DNA of 64,000 nucleotides from Octopus vulgaris (taxonomy: Eukaryota). The notes under the pieces were generated by a model. That model saw only the letters and a program-made list of their open reading frames with translations. It ran no database searches and had not been told where the DNA came from. Shown piece by piece: positions 23,678-35,761 of this stretch. The stretch covers positions 103,044,001 to 103,108,000 of the forward strand of contig OX597822.1 in assembly GCA_951406725.2 (NCBI GenBank), read 5' to 3'. Numbering within the stretch: position 1 is the first letter of the stretch; every line of letters starts with the position of its first letter. A program made the translations under genes and the position numbers.

Positions 23678-25509
23678 TACGACGGGTTTCTTTCAGTTTC
23701 CGTCTACCAAATCCACTCACAAGGCTTTGGTCGGCCCGAGGCTATAGTAGAAGACACTTGCCCAAGGTGCCACGCAGTGGGACTGAACCCGGAACGATGT
23801 GGTTGGTAAGCAAGCTACTTGCCACACAGCCACTCCTACCCTCTACCAAAAATAAATAAATAAATAAATAAAACCCAAAGTTGACTTCAGTGGGATTTGA
23901 AACCATGGCACAGAGAATTAGAACAAATATTGCAATGCTCTAAAGACTACACCAATGCATTGCCTTAATGCAGTCATGTCTGTCCATTACAGTCAACTGC
24001 ACCAATATTCTGCCACTGTTTTGTGATATCCAGGCTCTACCTTGTGTATAAATTACCTGAATAAATTAACACCACACACTCGTTAATCCATAGCATAATA
24101 GAAATATATATAATGATTGTTCTGTTGCATTGCCTTCATTGATTATATTCTTAATTTCTTTGGACATATTGATTTTTTGCTAATTACAGGTGTATATTAT
24201 TGATTTCCTTCATAAGCACCTGGCCAATATTTGTGTGACATTGGAAAGATGTAGATGATTGATTCAACCTCGGTATATTACAAATTCAAATTTCATTGAC
24301 CTTGGAGTAACGAATACTAATACCTGCCCAGGTGGGGTTTGAAGTCAGAAAGTAGAGGAAAAAACAACAAAAAACACAAAATAAAATAAGATATAATAAA
24401 AAAGAAAAGAAAATAAAGAAATATTGGTACCAGTGCCGATGGCACATAAGAAAACCATCCGAACGTGGCCGTAGCCAGTACCGCATCGACTGGCATCCGT
24501 GCTGTGGGCACGTAAAAAACACCATCCGAGCGTGGCCGTTCGCTTTCCTCATCTGGCACCTGTGTCTGTGGCACATAAAAAAAACACCATCCGAGCGTGG
24601 CCGTTCGCCAGCCTCGTCTGGCACCTGTGTCGGTGACACATAAAAAACACCATCCGAGCGTGGCCGTTCGCCAGCCTCGTCTGGCACCTGTGTCGGTGGC
24701 ACATAAAAAGCACCCACTACACTCACGGAGTGGTTGGCGTTAGGAAGAGCATCCAGCTGTAGAAACACTGCCAGATCAGACTGGAGCCTGATGCAGCCTT
24801 CTGGCTTCCCAGACCCCAGGTGAACCATCCAACCCATGCTAGCATGGAAAGTGGACGTTAAACGATGATGATGATGATGATGATTACATGCTATGAAATT
24901 GTCAAATTCTGTTTTGTAATTTATAGTGTAAAATAAGTGTAGGCAGGGGTTTTAGCGCCTTGAGTCACCTTGGGCAAGTATTTTCTACTTTAGCCCCAAC
25001 TGACCAACTCAGAGTTTTATCTTGGCTACTGAATAATTGTCACATATTATTTTACAGATATATATATGGCTGTGTGGTAAGTAGCTTGCTAACCAACCAC
25101 ATGGTTCCGGGTTCAGTCCCACTGCGTGGCATCTGGGGCAAGTGTCTTCTGCTATAGCCCCGGGCCGACCAATGCCTTGTGAGTGGATTTGGTAGACGGA
25201 AACTGAAAGAAGCCTGTCGTATATATGTATATATATATAAGTGTGTGTGTATATGTTTGTGTGTGTGTGTTTGTCCCCCCAGCATTGCTTGACAACCGAT
25301 GCTGGTGTGTTTACGTCCCCGTCACTTAGCGGTTCGGCAAAAGAGACCGATAGAATAAGTACTGGGCTCAGAAAGAATAAGTCCCGGGGTCGATTTGCTC
25401 GACTAAAGGCGGTGCTCCAGCATGGCCGCAGTCAAATGACTGAAACAAGTAAAAGAGTAAAAGAGAGTATGTAAACGAAATCGAAATTGATCAATGGAAA
25501 TTGCAGCTG

Positions 25510-26135
25510 AGTTGCCAGTGCTGGTGGCATGTAAGAGAACCATCTGTTCGTGACCGTTGCCAGCGCCGCCCCGACTGGCCTCGTGCCGGTGGCACATAAA
25601 AAGCACCCTCCGTTCGTGTCCATTGCCAGCCTCGCCTGGTCCCTGTGCCGGTGGCACGTAAAAGCACCATCCATTCGTGTCTGTTGCCAGCCTCGCCTGG
25701 CCCCGTGCCGGTGGCACGTAAAAGCACCATCCGTTCGTGTCTGTTGCCAGCCTCGCCTGGCCCCTGTGCCGGTGGCACGTAAAAGCACCATCCGTTCGTG
25801 TCCGTTGCCAGCCTCGCCTGGCCCCCGTGCCGGTGGCACGTAAAAGCACCATCCGTTCGTGTCTGTTGCCAGCCTCGCCTGGCCCCCGTGCCCGTGGCAC
25901 GTAAAAGCACCATCCGTTCGTGTCTGTTGCCAGCCTCGCCTGGCCCCCGTGCCGGTGGCACGTAAAAGCACCATCCATTCGTGTCTGTTGCCAGCCACGC
26001 CTGGCCCCCGTGCCGGTGGCACGTAAAAGCACCATCCGTTCGTGTCCGTTGCCAGCCTCGCCTGGCCCCCGTGCCGGTGGCACGTAAAAGCACCATCCGT
26101 TCGTGGCCGTTTGCCAGCTCCGTCTGGCACGTAAA
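25510..26135 (+). repeat. tandem array of ~61-bp units inside an RTE 3'-UTR copy (~25475-26305)
   Basis: About nine near-identical gtgccggtggcacgtaaaagcaccatccgttcgtgtc.gttgccagcctcgcctggcccc(c) units plus diverged end units. Confidence 0.95.
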
Positions 26136-26724
26136 AAGCACCCACTACACTCACGGAGTGGTTGGCATTAGGAAGGGCATCCAGCCGTAGAAACACTGCC
26201 AGATCAGACTGGGCCTGATGCAGCCTTCTGGCTTCACAGACCCCAGTTGAACCATCCAACCCATGCTAGCATGGAAAGCGGACGCTAAATGATGATGATG
26301 ATGATGTAAACATGTGTATGTGTGTGTCTTATCTTTTACTTGTTTCAGTCATTTGACTGAGGCTGTGTTCGGATACCACATCGAAGAATTCTAGTTGAAC
26401 AAATCAACCCCAGCGTTTTGTTGTACTTTTCTTTTAAGCTGGCTACTTATTCTATCCTTCTCTTTTGCTAAACCACTAAGTTATGGGGATGTCAACACAC
26501 CAACACTAGTTGTCAAGCAGTGGTGGTGGACAAGCACTGACACACACACACACATACATATACACACGTACACTCACTCATATGATGGGCTTCTTTTAGC
26601 TTTTGCCTACCAAATCCACTCACAAAATTATGGTAGAAGACACTAGCCCAAGGTTCCACATTATGGGACTGAACCTGGGACCACATGGCTGGGAATCAAA
26701 CCCCTTGCCATAAAGCCATATGTA

Positions 26725-27899
26725 TTGGGTCATCCCATAAATAATGCAGTTTTTTCAATTGCATGAATTCAGTTGCAGAGGGGGGATGGGATAAACTATC
26801 TGCATCAACTTGCTATAAAAGCAGGTAGTAACTTTGCTTTGTTCTTATTCTTAGTACAAGTTTTGAAGAGTGCAGTTCGATTTTAATGATTATTTTTACA
26901 AAGCTCTAAAGTAAGTGACAGAGGAGTATATTTGACATATTTTGCTTTATGAGTTCAATAATGGCAACAATGTAATGGAAAGTGTGAGGAATATTAATGT
27001 AGTGTATGGAGATTGGACAATAAGCACAAGCCAATGTCAATGGTGGTTCCAGAAATTCCAAGCCAGAAACTACAGACTAAACGAATTTCGTCCTTGAAGA
27101 TCTGTAGTTCTCTATGAGGATGTCCTGCAAAATCCCATTGCAACTGTTGAGGAACTAGCAGAGAAAATTGTATTTGGTCATTCAACCATTCATTGGCACC
27201 AGCACTAGAAGACATACAACCATCTTTGCTTTCAAGATGAAAGATTTTCCTCCATCAAGATAATGCTCGGCCACTTACAGGAGAGGATGACATTCCAAAG
27301 GCTGGAGCAGTTTGATTGGGAAAATGATACCCCACCCACCATATCTACCAGACATTATCCCATCTAATTATCATTTATTCCGCAGTCTTCAAAATCATTT
27401 GGACAGAAAAAAAATATGACCTCTGTAGATGACATCATTAGGAGTATATTACATCAAGGACAAGTGAATTTTGGAAGAGGGGCTTGCAAGTCTACCAGAT
27501 AGATGGAAGAGCATTGTAGAAAATAAAGGAGAGTATTAATAAATCTCTGAACGAGGTATAAACAGTAGCTGCACGACATTGTGAAGTATATTTGCCATCT
27601 AAATGTGGCTAACCACTAAGGGTGGATGTTACTGTAGCTTGTAACCCCAGGAAAACATCTTCTCCAGCTGGCTATTGACACACTTGATAGGGCACAGAAA
27701 GTATGTCAATAGCCAGCTAGAGATGTTCTCCTGGGGCTACAAGCTACAGTAACATCCACCCTTAGTGGTTAGCCATATTTAGATGGCAAATATACTTCAC
27801 AAAGGAGAATATATTTTAGATTAAAAAAGAACTTTGTTTATCTTTATTTTGAAAAATAAAAGAAGTTTAAAAAACCGCATTATTTATGGGATGACCCAA
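26725..27899 (+). mobile_element. degenerate mariner element with both TIRs
   Basis: TIRs ttgggtcatcccataaataatgc / gcattatttatgggatgacccaa; remnants HQDNARP, YHLFRSLQNHL; same family at ~29245-29600 and 63461-64000. Confidence 0.88.
27579..27802. repeat. long palindrome (~107-bp arms, 13-nt loop) inserted in the mariner
   Basis: ttgtgaagtatatttgccatctaaat.tggctaaccactaagggtggatgttactgtagcttgta... matched by its reverse complement. Confidence 0.92.
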
Positions 27900-28073
27900 T
27901 GTGTGTGTGTGTGTGTATGTGTTTGTGTGTGTGTGTGTGTGTGTTGTGTGTGTGTGTGTGTGTGTTTGTGTGTGTATGTGTTTGTGTGTGTATGTGTTTG
28001 TGTGTGTATGTGTTTGTGTGTGTGTGTATATGTTTGTGTGTGTATGTATGTGTTTGTGTGTGTATGTGTGTGT

Positions 28074-28110
<37 letters not shown>

Positions 28111-28894
28111 TGTGTGTATGTGTTTGTGTGTGTATGTGTTTGTCTGTCTTGACATCACATGATGGTTGTAAATGAGCTTCACAGCCAATCATGTTTTGTT
28201 GTTTGTTTCAAGTCTTTCATGAAAAACATGGGGAAATATTTACCTTGAGTGGAAACAAGCAAGATAATATTTTTCTATGGCAACCAGCAAAAAAAAAAAT
28301 CTACTTCACCAAATTCCACGTGACACATGCAAGCAGGAAAAAGTGGATGTTAGAAGAAGATAAATAATTTTTTCAAATCTTTGTGTTGTGGGTAAATAAT
28401 TTTTCAGAGAATTCGCATGTAAAAACATGATGTCTTAAAACAAGTCATTTAATCTCTTATTATAAAAGGCAGATTTTATCTGCCTCCCTTTGGGAGTTAT
28501 ACAAATCTACAATATAGGATTTCTTCAATTACAATTTACCTGGCATTTTTAAGAGTATAATGCATCGCGTCATGCCAGGTCCAGTTTTTAAAATTTAAAC
28601 TCCATTAAGCAAAATTTACAGAAAACTCACATTCTGGTGTGTGTGTCAAATGCTTTTCTTAGTCTGGTTTACACCACACGCAAACGCACACACACAGTGG
28701 GCAACGAATAAAATGAAAGTAAATAGCGACAGAGTGATTTGAGGAAGACTAAAGTGAAAGTATTCTGTCTATGACGCTGATAGATACATGAGTAAAATGT
28801 ATGGGAAGCTAAGAGCTAAGAGTGAGTGAAAATGTTCTTGGAAGAGAGTAATTAGTAATAAAGTAAACATACACTCATACATACATACATACAT

Positions 28895-28925
<31 letters not shown>

Positions 28926-29158
28926 TACACACACACATACATACACACACACATTCACACACACATACATACACACACACATACATACATACACACATAC
29001 ATACATACATATACATACATACATACACACACACACATACACACACACACAGTATTGAAGCTTGAAAACAATCAGATACATTTGCAACACATCTGTTGAA
29101 AATATTATTGTTCACACACATACATATACATATATACATACAGACAGACAGACAGATA

Positions 29159-29192
<34 letters not shown>

Positions 29193-29244
29193 ATCCAGCA
29201 TGGCCACAACCACAAGGCTGAAACATATAAAAGAATAACAGAAT

Positions 29245-29600
29245 ATAAATGTGTGCAAAGTACAAGAAATATTAATGCAGTATATGGGGATTGGACAATA
29301 AGCATAAGGCAGTGTCAATGGTGGTTCCAGAAATCCCGAGCCATAAACTACAGCCTAGAAGACGAGCCTCATCCTGAAAGATCTGTAGAACTCGACAAGG
29401 ACATCCTGAAAACCCTGGTGGAACAAAATATCATCGTAACTGTTGAGGAACTAGCAGAGAAGCTTGGATTTGGTCATTCAACCATTCATTGACACCTGTG
29501 TGCTATCGGAAAAGTCAGCAAATTGGGTCAATGGGTTCCTCACGAACTTTCCGAGTCTAATTGCATGCAGAGAGTGAATGTATGCTTTTCTTTGCTGTCA
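29245..29600 (+). pseudogene. mariner transposase N-terminal (HTH) fragment
   Basis: RNINAVYG..TISIRQCQWWFQKSR..NYSLEDEP..R...LVEQN..TVEELAEKLG...STIH, then a WVPHEL-like motif. Confidence 0.85.
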
Positions 29601-29627
29601 TATCTCACCACTACTGCGCTATGTATA

Positions 29628-30263
29628 TCTATATATATAAAACTGTAGTTGTGTGAGTGTCTGTCCCCTTCGATTTAGATTCCTAACTACTCCCACATTT
29701 TGCGGTACAGTTTAACCAAATTCGGGTAGCTTATAGTCGTGATTCATATCGAGCCCGTCTGAATATTAGCGCGCGTCTACGATGAGTCTACGATTTTAAA
29801 AATAATTTAACATCATTTTTTATTCCATTTTAATGCATAATTTTTCGTGTGTCGATGGCGGCGGAGTTGGCGTCCACGCTCACACCTGCACCTGTGGGGA
29901 AGGGAGTGTAAGGAAATCAACGTCGTAATGCGTTGTCAAGGAGACCAGTGTTCTTTTAGAACAACGACTTCATGGCTTGAAGACACCAAAACAGAAATGG
30001 CTAAGAAAGCGTCTACATGAGTCTACGATTTAAAAAAAAATTTACCATCGTTTTTTTTCCATTTTAATGCATTTTTTCGCTATTATATAAGGGAAGTAAC
30101 TCTCTAAAAATGTATACGATGTGTCAACGATTTAAAAAAAATTTACCATCATATTTTTTCCATTTTTAATGCATTTTTTGCTATTTTTTGGCTGTAACTC
30201 TCTAAAAATGCTTATATAGTTATTTCCCTTACAAACCCGAGCAACGCCGGGCGATACTGCTAG
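29628..30263 (+). mobile_element. non-autonomous Helitron
   Basis: a|TCtatatatataaaac start; cccgagcaacgccggg hairpin then gatactgCTAG|t. Confidence 0.85.
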
Positions 30264-30279
30264 TCATATTATAAAAAGA

Positions 30280-30681
30280 CTAGCAGTATCGCCCGGCGTT
30301 GCTCGGGTTTGTAAGGGAAATAACTATATAAGCATTTTTAGAGATGTAAAGTATAATAGCCATCTCAATATGACTAACTACAAAGGGTGGGGGTGTTACT
30401 GTAGCTTTTTACGTTCTGAGATTTAATAATACATTTTTAGAGAGTTACTTCCCTTATATAAACCGAGCGAAAATGCATTAAAAATGTGGAAAAATTATGT
30501 TAAATTTTTTTTTAAATCGTAGATTCTTCGTAGACGCACGCTAATACGCAGAAGGGCTCGATATGAATCACGACTATAAGATGCCCGGTTTTGGTTAAAC
30601 TGCACCGCAAAATGTGGGAGTAGTTAGGAATCTAAATCGTAGGAGACAGACAGAACACAACCTCACTTTTATATATAAAGA
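30280..30681 (-). mobile_element. non-autonomous Helitron, same family, opposite orientation
   Basis: Minus strand a|TCtttatatataaaag ... cccgagcaacgccgggcgatactgCTAG|t. Confidence 0.85.
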
Positions 30682-32870
30682 TAACAAAAAAAAAACATGA
30701 TAATTTACTCAGCAATGGCAACCAGCCATAGAAAATCTACATCAACAGATTCCATCTGACCCATGTAAGCAAGGAAAAGTGGATGTTAGAAGATAGATAA
30801 CTTTTTAAAATCTTTGTGTTTTGGGTAAACAATTTTCATAAAATGTGTATGTTAATATTGTGTCTTATATATATATATTTAACCCTTTCGTTACTGTATT
30901 TATTTTGAGATGCTCTGTGTTTCTTTCAATTAATTTAAATATAACAAAGAATTTAGTAAAATAACTTTGTTGTCATTAAGCTAGTGTTAGGGAACATAAA
31001 TTGTGATTAAGGTTTTGGTGGAAGATTTTAATTCAGAACTTATGAAAACAAGACATTTGTACTCAGAGCCAGAGCCGGTTTAAGCCGGGTTGATATCAAA
31101 AGGGTTAATCTCTCTATATATAAACGGCAAAATGTCTGTCTGTGTGTGTGTGTCCTTTATACAAATCCACAATTTTTCAGTTAGGGGGCTCGCACTTTCT
31201 ATGGTCATTCAAAACCGTCCAAGGGTGGTCGTGCACATCCTTACATTTCCCTAGTCACCCCGCAAAGCCATTAAAAATTCAATAGAAGTGACTTTTTTGT
31301 GAATTTTCTATCCAAAACCCAATCAAAATGCTCGAAACATGTAGGTGTAGAAAAGGGGACATTGAAATAATAATAATGATTATAAATATGTACCACAACT
31401 ACCATCATCATCATCATCATCATCTTCTCTGCTGGCATGGGTTGGATTTACGGTACATTAACAATCTTTAACACTCAACAATCAGCCAAAATGAGAATGC
31501 TATACATTGATCTGTGACAAACATGACCAAAATGTAGTTCTACCTGCAAAAGGGTTAACTCAATGCGTGTGCCTGTGTGTGCGTATTGGGTGTGTGGGTG
31601 GGTGTAAAGTGGGGTTGCAGACGGAGTATATTATTCATTTTATATGTCAATTAAAAATAGAATTATAGAATTTATTCACTTCTATTCACAAATGTCCTGA
31701 TTAGTTTCTGATTTTGTTCCAGATCAACTGTCTCGAGTCTCTTTTAAGGATTCCTGATATTCTTTGGTCTCTACTGAATAATGGAACTCACTCCAGTGTT
31801 TGTAGTTCTGTATTTTGTTATTCAAGAATTGGCAAATTAATCAAGTTTCTTTGTACTTTATTCAATTGTTGCTTTGTCGAAAGTACTTTTTGTGTTGTCT
31901 TTCTAAGTATGCTTTTCTATATGGCTGTGAATTCTGATCTCTGTCTGTCCGCCTGTCTGTCTGTCTATCTGTCTGTCCGTCTGTCTATCTGTCCGTCTGT
32001 CTGTCTGTCTGTCTGTTCCCCTCTCTATCTGTCTCATTCTTTCTCTTTCCCACTCTGTCTTGTCTCTGTCTATTCCTCCTGTCTGTATGTCTGTCTATAT
32101 GTCCGTCTGTCCGTCTGTCTATCTGTCCGTCTGTCCGTCTGTCTATCTGTCCGTCTGTCTGTCTGTCTATCTGTCCGTCTGTCCGTCTGTCTGTTCCCCC
32201 TCTCTATCTGTCTCATTCTTTCTCGTTCCCACTCTGTCTTGCCTTTGTCTATTCCTCCTGTCAGTCTGTCACTGTCTCTCTCTCTCTCTCACTCTCTCTC
32301 TTTCTCACTCTCTCTCTCTCTCACACCCACTCTTTCCTCTTTTATTCATGTCATTCTGTTGGATGTCTTCTTGTATGACATTAACCCATTGATATGATAA
32401 ACGCTTACAATATTTATTTTGCAATTGTTTAATGCCAAAGAAAAGTCTAGTGCCATTATTTGATTAAATTTCTTGTTGGACCGATCCTCTCACTAAATCA
32501 CATTTACATAAAACACATTTTTGATGACAAGATTACTCTTTTTTACTCTTTACTCTTTTACTTGTTTCAGTCATTTGACTGCAGCCATGCTGGAGCACCG
32601 CCTTAAGTCAAGCAAATCGACCCCAGGACTTATTCTTTGTAAGCCTAGTACTTATTCTATTGGTCCCTTTTGCCGAACTGCTAAGTTTCTCTGGCATGTT
32701 TGTTCTCAAACAACACTTATTTTAGTGCTGTTGACACTGTTGGATTGAATGGTACTGCTCAGATGTCAAAACCATAATGATATCTGTGGGACAGCTGATG
32801 ATGGAGGTATGTTGGATTGTTGGTATGGCTGTTTTTGTATATGTGGAATAGCATTATAACACATCTTTTT

Positions 32871-32913
<43 letters not shown>

Positions 32914-33011
32914 CGGAGTAAACACATAAATGTGAAACAAGGTGGATAAAAAGAGTACTCAAATACCAGGGGTAGAGTAATATGCTTTATTTAAAAGCAG
33001 CAGAAATTTAA

Positions 33012-33060
33012 CAAAACCTGTTACTCGGAGTTTCACGTTCCCATTCGTCGGACAGTTTTG
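33012..33060 (-). ncRNA. minimal type I hammerhead ribozyme fold (core CCGACGA) in fold-back element ~32910-33108
   Basis: CAAAACUGU-CCGACGA-AUG(GGAA)CGU-GAAA-CUCCGAGU-A-ACAGGUUUUG; stems I, II and III are all present, GUA triplet. Confidence 0.65.
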
Positions 33061-33149
33061 TTAAAAGTAACAGGTTTTGTTGAATTTCTGCTGCTTTTAA
33101 ATAAAGTATATATATATATATATATGTAGATATGGTGTTTACATCCATT

Positions 33150-34180
33150 ATCGAACCCCTGGCAGCATATTTAATATCAGGCATTTTGCTGCAAAAACAA
33201 AGGTATTTACCTCTATCATAAGAGACCTTTTGTATGCAGATGATTGTGATTTAATAGCGCACACAGAGATTGATATGCAACACATTTTGAATGCATTCTC
33301 TGATGCTTGCACTGCCTTAGGATTGACAGTCAATCTCAAGAAAACTGTTGTCATGTACCAACCTGCCCCTGGTAAGCAGTATAGTGTACCAAATATCTAT
33401 GTGTATGGTAAACGACTTGATGTAGTTGGGCAGTTTGTCTACCTGGGAAGCACTGTTAATAGATATGGCAATGTGGATGATGAAATTCTATATCGAATTA
33501 GGAAAGCAAGTGTTGCTTTCAGAAGGCTAGAAAGGCACCTCTGGAGTCAGCGAGACATATGCAGAAAGACAAAGATAAAGGTGTACAAGGCATGTGTGCT
33601 CCCTTCTCTTCTCTATGCCTGCGAGACATGGGTCACATATCGATACCACATTAAACAACTGGAACGTTTCCATCAGATGTGTCTCAGATGGATTTATGGC
33701 ATTAAAAGGGAGGACACATCAGTGATCTTGAGATATTGGAAAGTTCTCAGTGTGTAAGTATAGAAGCTCTTGTGTTGAAGCATAGGCTCAGATGGAGTGG
33801 TCATCTGGTCAGGATGAAGGATTCAAGGATGCCAAAACAACTTTTTTATGAAGAGTTAGCTAAAAGAGAACGACCTCCACATAAACCAAAAAAGAGGTAT
33901 AAGGACTTGCTGAAGGCTTCCTTAAGAGATGCATGCATCTCTCCTGACACATGGGAGGGCATAGCTATTGACCATAGCAGGTGGAGAAGGATTGTGCATG
34001 AGGGGAAAGCTACTTTTGAGAAATCTCGAGTTGCGCATGAGAAAGTGAGGAGGGATGTCAGGAAGGGCATCGCTATGGCACTTCCAGACGGTAAGGGTCT
34101 TCCTATGACGCTGACATGCAGTGTCTCTGCAAGACCCTGCCTCAGTAATGCTGGACTCATGACACTGTTTCTGCAGAACT
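33150..34180 (+). pseudogene. RTE (BovB-like) LINE ORF2 3' part
   Basis: LLYADDC, GLTVNLKKTVVM, FVYLGS, LLYACETW, RLRWSGHLVRM..R.PKQL; frameshift ~33715; decayed C-terminal zinc finger. Confidence 0.9.
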
Positions 34181-34199
34181 GGGTTGGATGTGAAAACCA

Positions 34200-34696
34200 A
34201 CTTTAAAGTATAAATATAGATTTTCTGAATCAGCAATGTTGTGTTCGGTTAAGTCCTATTTGGGGTGAAAAATCAATAAACTGATTCCTTATGGGGTTTT
34301 CCATTTATTCAGGATGAAAAATTGATAAACCGATTCCTTATAGGATTTCTCACTAAAATTGGCTACACCCCATTTTCAACCATAACTTTTACCAATTTTG
34401 ATGTATTTTGTTCAAACTTGATGCCGGTGTTACTTAGGACTCATGGGATCTTTGAATGCTTTAAGTTCTCCAAAAAAAAAAAAAAACAATTGATGAGTGG
34501 GAAAATCAGTAAACCGATTCCTTATGGGATTTCCCAATCAAATTGTCTGCAACCCATTTTCAGCCAAACGTTTACCAATTTCGACAGATTTCACTCAAAT
34601 TTGATGTCGGTGTTACTTAGTTTAGTTTGAAACAAAGCACTTGATTAGCTTAATAATCCCAACTTAATCCCAGGCAATGCCGGGCTATACTGCTAG
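34200..34696 (+). mobile_element. probable non-autonomous Helitron with internal repeats
   Basis: Ends cccaggcaatgccgggctatactgCTAG|t; aaaccgattccttatggg repeated three times. Confidence 0.6.
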
Positions 34697-34726
34697 TATA
34701 TATATATATATACATACACATATTTA

Positions 34727-34794
<68 letters not shown>

Positions 34795-34798
<4 letters not shown>

Positions 34799-35504
34799 GA
34801 AGTATGCTGTGTGTGAGAAGACCCGGCAAGACAAGTGAGACCATAACCCGTGGCCTTTACCAGGGGTGTAGCCAGTCCACTTATGCATACCTTTCCTTCT
34901 TTGGACACAAAACTCTACTTGCGAAGACCTGTTGAGGCAAGTGAAATCGAAATCGAACCAAATTTGATGACTGGCACCCATGCCAACCTTCCTTCATTGG
35001 ACACTAATACTCTGCTTGTGAAGACCTGTTGGGGGTAAGTGAAATCAAAATTGAACCAAATTCGATGACTGGCACTTGTGCCAGTGGAGCGTTAACAGCT
35101 CCATCTGGGCGGGATCACTGCCAGAGCAGCTGTCTGGCTTCTGTGTTCGTGGCATGTAAAAAGCACCATTTGAGTGTGATCGTTACCAGCGTCGCTTTAC
35201 TGGCACTTGTGCCGGTGGCACGTGAATAAAACATTTGAGCGAGGTCATTGTCAGTGCCGATGGACAGGCTCCTGTGCAGGTGGCACGTAAAAAGCACCAG
35301 ACTGGCCCTTGTGCCAGTAGCACGTAAAAACACCCACTACACTCTTGGAGTGGTTGGCGTTAGGAAGGGCATCCAGCAGTAGAAACTCTGCCAGATCAGA
35401 CTTGGAGCCTGGTGCAGCCATCTGGTTTGCTAGTCCTCAGCGAAATCGTCCAACCCATGCTAGCATGGAAAATGGACGTTAAATGATGATGATGATGATT
35501 ATGA

Positions 35505-35507
<3 letters not shown>
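34795..35507 (+). mobile_element. RTE LINE complete 3' UTR (different subfamily); partial at 60598-60820
   Basis: Starts at the ORF end (gctgtgtgtgagaagacccggcaagacaagtga), has a duplicated ~100-bp block, diverged 60-nt modules and a (GAT)n tail. Confidence 0.85.
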
Positions 35508-35544
<37 letters not shown>

Positions 35545-35546
35545 CT

Positions 35547-35591
<45 letters not shown>

Positions 35592-35720
35592 ATTAATCAG
35601 CCGAAATTACTACGATGATCCGGTTCTTGACTGAAGACTGAGGGTTTCGAATGTCCTGTCCGTGTTTATTGTATCGTCTTCTAAGAGTTATACGTTCTTG
35701 TCCATGTTGTATTTTTCTAC

Positions 35721-35761
<41 letters not shown>

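Noticed and set aside
25620-25720. HDV-like ribozyme in the repeat unit (ccagcctcgcctgg resembles HDV P3/L3)
   Set aside because: No P2 3' partner or correct P1/P3 junction could be built; a pistol ribozyme resemblance also fails beyond the first hairpin
25510-26135. CRISPR-like appearance of the 61-bp array
   Set aside because: Units repeat over their whole length with no unique spacers, there are no cas genes, and it lies in a eukaryotic LINE UTR
25403-26259. Three overlapping 216-275 aa ORFs
   Set aside because: By-product of a stop-poor GC-rich 61-bp tandem repeat that cycles through frames
31714-32397. 227-aa ORF
   Set aside because: Most of it is (TGTC)n/(TC)n repeat; the N-terminal part shows no recognisable domain
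35625-35665. Hammerhead at CTGAAGA...GAAT
   Set aside because: No GAAA and no pairing for stems I or II
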